In this document: positions 59,221 through 64,000 of the stretch, piece after piece
How the letters are laid out: the number at the start of each line of letters is the position of its first letter
Position numbering within the stretch: position 1 is the first letter of the stretch
DNA from: Vicugna vicugna
Lineage: Eukaryota
Length of the DNA: 64,000 nt
Assembly: GCA_013265495.1 (NCBI GenBank)
Contig: MU058009.1
Location: 1,676,001-1,740,000, forward strand
Reading direction: 5' to 3'
Position numbers and translations under genes: made by a program
Notes under the pieces: model-generated
Seen by the model: the letters and a program-made list of their open reading frames with translations, nothing else
What the model was told of the DNA's origin: nothing
Database searches by the model: none

Positions 59221-61485
59221 ATAACTCAAAAATCAACACCTAAGTCTTCTATTTTTTCAGTAGAATGCCAGGTACCCTAGGAGGCCCAGCAGAGATTTCA
59301 GACATCATTTTAGTAGCTACCAAGAAACGGGAGAAAGAAATGAAGAGGAAGAGGAAGACCAAGATGGGGGAAGAAAAGAAAAAGAAGAATTAAGAGCAGT
59401 TACAGCCTGTCTGGGCTGAAGTGATAACCAAGTCCGACCGCCACTAGGTGGAAGGTGGAGCCTGGAAGCCCCCGGGGAAAGCCGTGAGTGTCGGCACAGA
59501 AACGAGCACCTGCAGGAGGAGGGGAGACCCTGTCTGCGGAGGCGGCCTCGCACAGTGAACACTGACGCGGGGCTTTATGGGCAAGGAAGAGTCCAACGAG
59601 GGAAGGGAAAGGCATTTCAGGCAGAAGGATTCCCACAGGCCAAGCGTCGAGGCGAGATCCTGGGGCCGGGAGACCAGCAGCCCGGAGTGTGGAGGGGAAG
59701 CCCCAAGAAGCAAGACGGAGAGGCTGGCAGGGCCACACTGTGACCGGCTCAGCTTGTCTGAGTAGTGGGACTGCCATCCTCGTCCCCAGATGTTTCCAGG
59801 GGGAAACACGGGAGACAGGCAGGACCACATCTGCTTCAGAAAGACGGCTCAGGTGGCCGTGTGGGGTCACGGGGGAGGGGAAGTGGGAGTAGAGAGAATT
59901 AATGGCATCTCCAAATAGGAAAAGCATGCAGCTCGATGACCCCGTGGTCGAGGGGTGTACCCCGCACAGCCAAGGCTGTGCTCCGACTCGCTCAAAACCC
60001 CGGCGCGACCCGAGTTTCCCAGCGTGGTCTCTGCCTCCTGCTCGCCTATCTCTCCTTCCCAGCAGCTCTCTAATCCCAGAGATAAAGGTGAGTAATCCAA
60101 AGGAAAGGGCCCCCAAAACCAAAGGGAATATTTATTTTAAGTAGATTGACGTCTGTAGGAAGGGGGAAAAAAAAATCTACCCAGGCCTGAATGGGGAACT
60201 GTGACATTCACACAGCCCGGGCCATTGTGTAAAGAGAAAAATTCCTCAAGATTGTGTTTGTCCAAGAAATCAGACAGTTTACGGTCCCTGAGTCAAAACA
60301 CTCCAGGATTGGAAGCCAGAATTTCCTGGGCTGGACCCAGTTACTAAATAAAATAAAAAGGAAAGAGCAGTTAGATGCCGTGGATTGTTGTGAGGCGGGC
60401 GGGGTTGCTTGCCAAGGCTGGAATCCAGCAGATGCGACAGAAGAAATGCAGGGAGGAGGCCCTTGGGTTTGCCAGCCCCACTTCCCCACCCCAAGGGCAA
60501 GACCTTCTGGGGTCTGGAGATGCCCTGGGACCCAGTGGAGGCTGAGAGCCTGGCCAAGTCTTGCAAGTCAGCCTGATTAGCACCAGGCTTATGGCAGAGA
60601 TCAAAAGAAACCAGCTCTCTTCTTGCTAATTTGAGTAACAGTCTTTGCTGGTGTCCTGCAAAGACTGACCCCACAAGGAGCCTGGTGGTCCTCCATCCTT
60701 CCTGAAAGGTTGCAAGAGGCGGGGGTGGGAGACTTTATCACCTGTGGGGAAGGGGATTAACTAGGAAAGCCACCCAGGAGGGAACAGTGGAAACAAACGA
60801 GGGAACAGGGCGGGGGGATGGTGGGGAGGCTGCGCCATCATATCCCAGGCTATTCCCCGCCTCCCGAGTCCCCTGGCCCTGCAACCCCCCGGGCGCGGGG
60901 GCCACCAGTGCACACAGGCTGCAAGGAGAGAACTCTCTGTGGAAGCAAAGCTCTTATCAGGACCACCCTGGATGAACATTAAGGGAAGAAATAGGGACCG
61001 TGGTGAGGACAGCATGCTGCTTGACACCAGAACACCCTATCTGTGCTCCAAGTCACTGAACATGACCTGTTAGCAGTAAGTTAGAACTCAGCTGCCTCCT
61101 GCCTGGGAAGAGCAGCCACCAGCCACGTCTGGCCTGGCTGTGTGTGTTTGGGGCTGCCCAGTGACCCTGGACTTGGCTCAGATGGCTTTCACGTGGTCAC
61201 GCATCAGTGGCCTCCAGAGGGACGCAGCGGTGAGGCATTCTTCAGGCCTGAAGTCCTGTAGGTAACGCTTGATGAGAGATCCTGAAAGAGTTTTCTCAAG
61301 CCGAACTGAACAGAAGGTGGAGCTCAGCATCCCAAGTCATGACAACTTCAGGGGGACGTGTGACATTTCTCCCTAAAGATGAGGACCAAAGCATTTCATA
61401 AACAAATGAAAGAGGACAAACCCCAGTCCTGTAAACTATTAACTCTACCTCTGTTTATTTCAAAAAAGCAGATGGACGTGACTCT

Positions 61486-61532
61486 TATATATATATATAC
61501 ACACACACACACATACATACACACATATATAT
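61486..61532. repeat. Compound (TA)n/(CA)n microsatellite
   Basis: Direct reading of the sequence. Confidence 0.9.
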
Positions 61533-63040
61533 GTAAATTAAAGGGCTAGATTTTTTTTCTCTGAAGTCCTTTGTAAAGAAAACTCCATTTCCCTGACTGA
61601 CCTTTCCAAGAACAGAATTAGGTGTTTTCTGGAGTCGAATCTGGTTCTCTGTGTCCCCGAGGAGTGGATCGTGGTCACCCACACCGCGCGGCATGGCGGG
61701 AAGCAGAAAGTACGGTCAGACCTCATGGATGCCGTCAAAGGGCTTGTGGGCCGTGGCGCTCACATTCAGCTCCGGCGTCCACCTTTCTCTGTGGGGCCCT
61801 GCAGGCGCGGAGGAGCAGAAGGCAGGGTGGTTTTGGAACAGTGTAGACCTCCTGGATCCGAGCACAGCCCGGAACCCATACGCGCAGGACCAGGCACTGC
61901 CCCAAAGGCAGCACCCGTCCCTTGTGGGCCTCGGTCCCTGACCCTCCCTCCGCCTCCCACTTCGCAGTCCCCATTTTTTCAGCAGAGGAGCTGTAAGCTG
62001 GAATCACAGGGAGACATTAGGGACAAAGCTGCCCACTCCCTCTGGAGCTGCCTGCATTTCACAGAGTGAGGGAATTCAGGCCCGGGCTGCCGGAGATGGA
62101 TGGTGCACGTGAAGCCGGGCAGGCTGAGACCAGAACGGGAGCCGGTGGGGAGACAGCAGAGGCCTTCTGAGTGCACCCAGACTCCACCAGACTGGCCCTA
62201 ATGGTTCTGCTGGAAGGGAGCCCCTTTTGATAAAGGTGAACTTTGGAGGCTGAGACGAGGCATGAGGTCGGGGCTGGGCAGGGGGAGACGGAGCAAAGAG
62301 ATCTTACCAGCACACCCCTGGGAAGTCTTGCAAACAGGGAGAGGTGACAGGCAATGGAGCTGAGTGAATTCCACCCTCAGTTACAGTCTGGTCACTGAAA
62401 GACCCCTGGACTTAAATCAAAGGAGCTACAACCCCCACAAAGGCCCTCTAGTGCCTGGGCAGCCCTCTGTCCCCTGTAAAACTCCGATGTGCAATGATCA
62501 CCAGAGATGGGTGAAGCGGACTCCGTGGTATCTCCAATTGGAGATGCTCAGAAAATGTTTGCCCAGTGACTTCCAGAAGCTGTGGGATTGGAAGCATTTT
62601 ATTTAGAGCAGGGTCACTCAGCTTACGTCCGGGAGGAGAGAGATATAGCAAACGCTGGACTGGACTCTGTTTATGGGACAAAAGACAATTTTCCAAGCAG
62701 CTGACAGCAGAGGCCGGCATCGGGCTCAGATGCGGGAGAGTGGATATGGCAGTGCCCCGGTGGGCATAGCTGGTGTTCCAAAGCCTCTAGACACTTGGCC
62801 TTTCCTGTTGAAAGCTTCAAGGGAAGCCCCCCAATTTGGAACCTTAGACCTGGCAAATAAGCAAAGAGAAAAGTGGTCCCAGTTATTTTCTCGGACTCCC
62901 ACTCTCTCTGACGTGTTAGCATTAACCCTGCTAGCATTAACCAAAAGCAAACATCTGTCTTACTCTCTCGGTCGTCAGCCGGGCTGAGACGTCGTCCCTG
63001 ACTGCAGACACCTCTCACGTGGATACTGTCTCCAGAGGGC

Positions 63041-63059
63041 TGTGTGTGTGTGTGTGTGT
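63041..63059. repeat. (TG)n microsatellite
   Basis: Direct reading of the sequence. Confidence 0.9.
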
Positions 63060-63589
63060 TTTAAGGTAGCTTTATCACTTCCTTTCTAAAGTACTTGGAG
63101 CAAGGAAAAGAAACAACACACAATCCAATAACCTTGACCGCTGAAAAGTCCTCTCCTTCCTTCAGGGGAGCAATTTCGTTTTTAAAGAGTTGTTTGTCAT
63201 AAAGACAGAACAGCTGAAACTTCAGCAGTTGGGATTTCAGCTTCGAATTTTTCTTTTCTTTTAGTCATGAGTGGTTTCAAATCGTGCTGAGGTCCTTTGG
63301 CCAAAACTTGGTGATTGCAGCTCAATGGCGCCCCCTGAAGGCCAACAGGGAGGAGTGCAGCAAAAGAAGACAAGGTGGGAAATCTGGAGGGGCCCGTCTC
63401 AGGCGGAGTCAGTAAAACCAAGGGGCTGCAACCCTCCCCAGCTCCGACACCACCCAGCCGGCTATGCGTATGCCCACGCAGTCCTTGGATTGAATTTCGG
63501 CAAAGACGAGTTAACCTCTCTGACTCCGTTTCCCTTTCATGGATGGAAAGTAATTTTTTTTTTTGCAAAGTATTATTTTTGGATTGCTT

Positions 63590-63770
63590 ACTATTCGGCA
63601 GGCTCTGCTCGAAGTGCTTGGCATGTGTTAACCCATTTAATCCTCACAAAAGCCTATGATTTCTGTGCTGTTATTATCCACTGTATACAAATGAGGAAAC
63701 TGGGACACAGAGTGAGTTAGAAACCCTCACAACTGGTAACTGGTAGAACCAGGTTTGAACCTTGGTGGCA
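63590..63770 (-). mobile_element. MIR SINE
   Basis: Contains catttaatcctcacaa...tacaaatgaggaaactgggacacagag...tcacaactggtaactggtagaaccaggtttgaacc. Confidence 0.8.
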
Positions 63771-64000
63771 TGGTCGGGATCCTGGCCTCAGTCACACATC
63801 CCACTGCCTCCGAAACTTCCCGGTGGGGCCCCCGGAAGGTCTCCTGCATCACTCTGAGCCTGGCACGGAGTAAGTGCTTAGGGAACAGCAGATACCTTTT
63901 ATTAGGGTCGCTCTCCTGGTCAACCACTTCCATAGGCAAAAACGTTGTGACTTCTCCGGGCCTCCATGCCTTCATCTGGAGGATGGGTCCATGGAAATGT

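Noticed and set aside
1..64000. CRISPR arrays, operons, rRNA/tRNA genes, prokaryotic defence systems or foreign inserts
   Set aside because: None were seen. The sequence is continuous mammalian intronic and intergenic DNA, and the tRNA-like pieces are SINE heads.

Overview
This is mammalian genomic DNA, most likely camelid (camel or alpaca), judged from two tRNA-derived SINEs of the camelid type. It holds the distal 5' end of ETS1 on the minus strand. The two coding exons specific to the long (p68-like, 485-aa-type) isoform lie at 13612-13694 (ATG at 13680; MSYFLDSAVSGPAPCSAGRPAVL) and 102-246 (RQGPINSYEDPRM...QEVPTGLEHCGS). A candidate non-coding first exon lies at about 26457-26527. The rest of the gene is beyond position 1. 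Neither coding exon appears in the supplied ORF track, and none of the listed ORFs looks like a real gene. Positions ~27-64 kb are upstream regulatory DNA (toward FLI1 by mammalian synteny) filled with L1, L2, MIR, SINE and DNA-transposon remnants. The most unusual structure is at ~45-50.5 kb: a 1.24-kb CA-rich array flanked on both sides by CpG-island-like DNA. The right flank is recognisably an ancient L2 element that has become strongly G/C- and CpG-rich, suggesting a young CpG island made by GC-biased gene conversion. I found no prokaryotic-type system, CRISPR array or novel protein-coding gene. Repeat family names, most repeat boundaries and comparisons to human proteins come from memory and reading by eye, so they are approximate.
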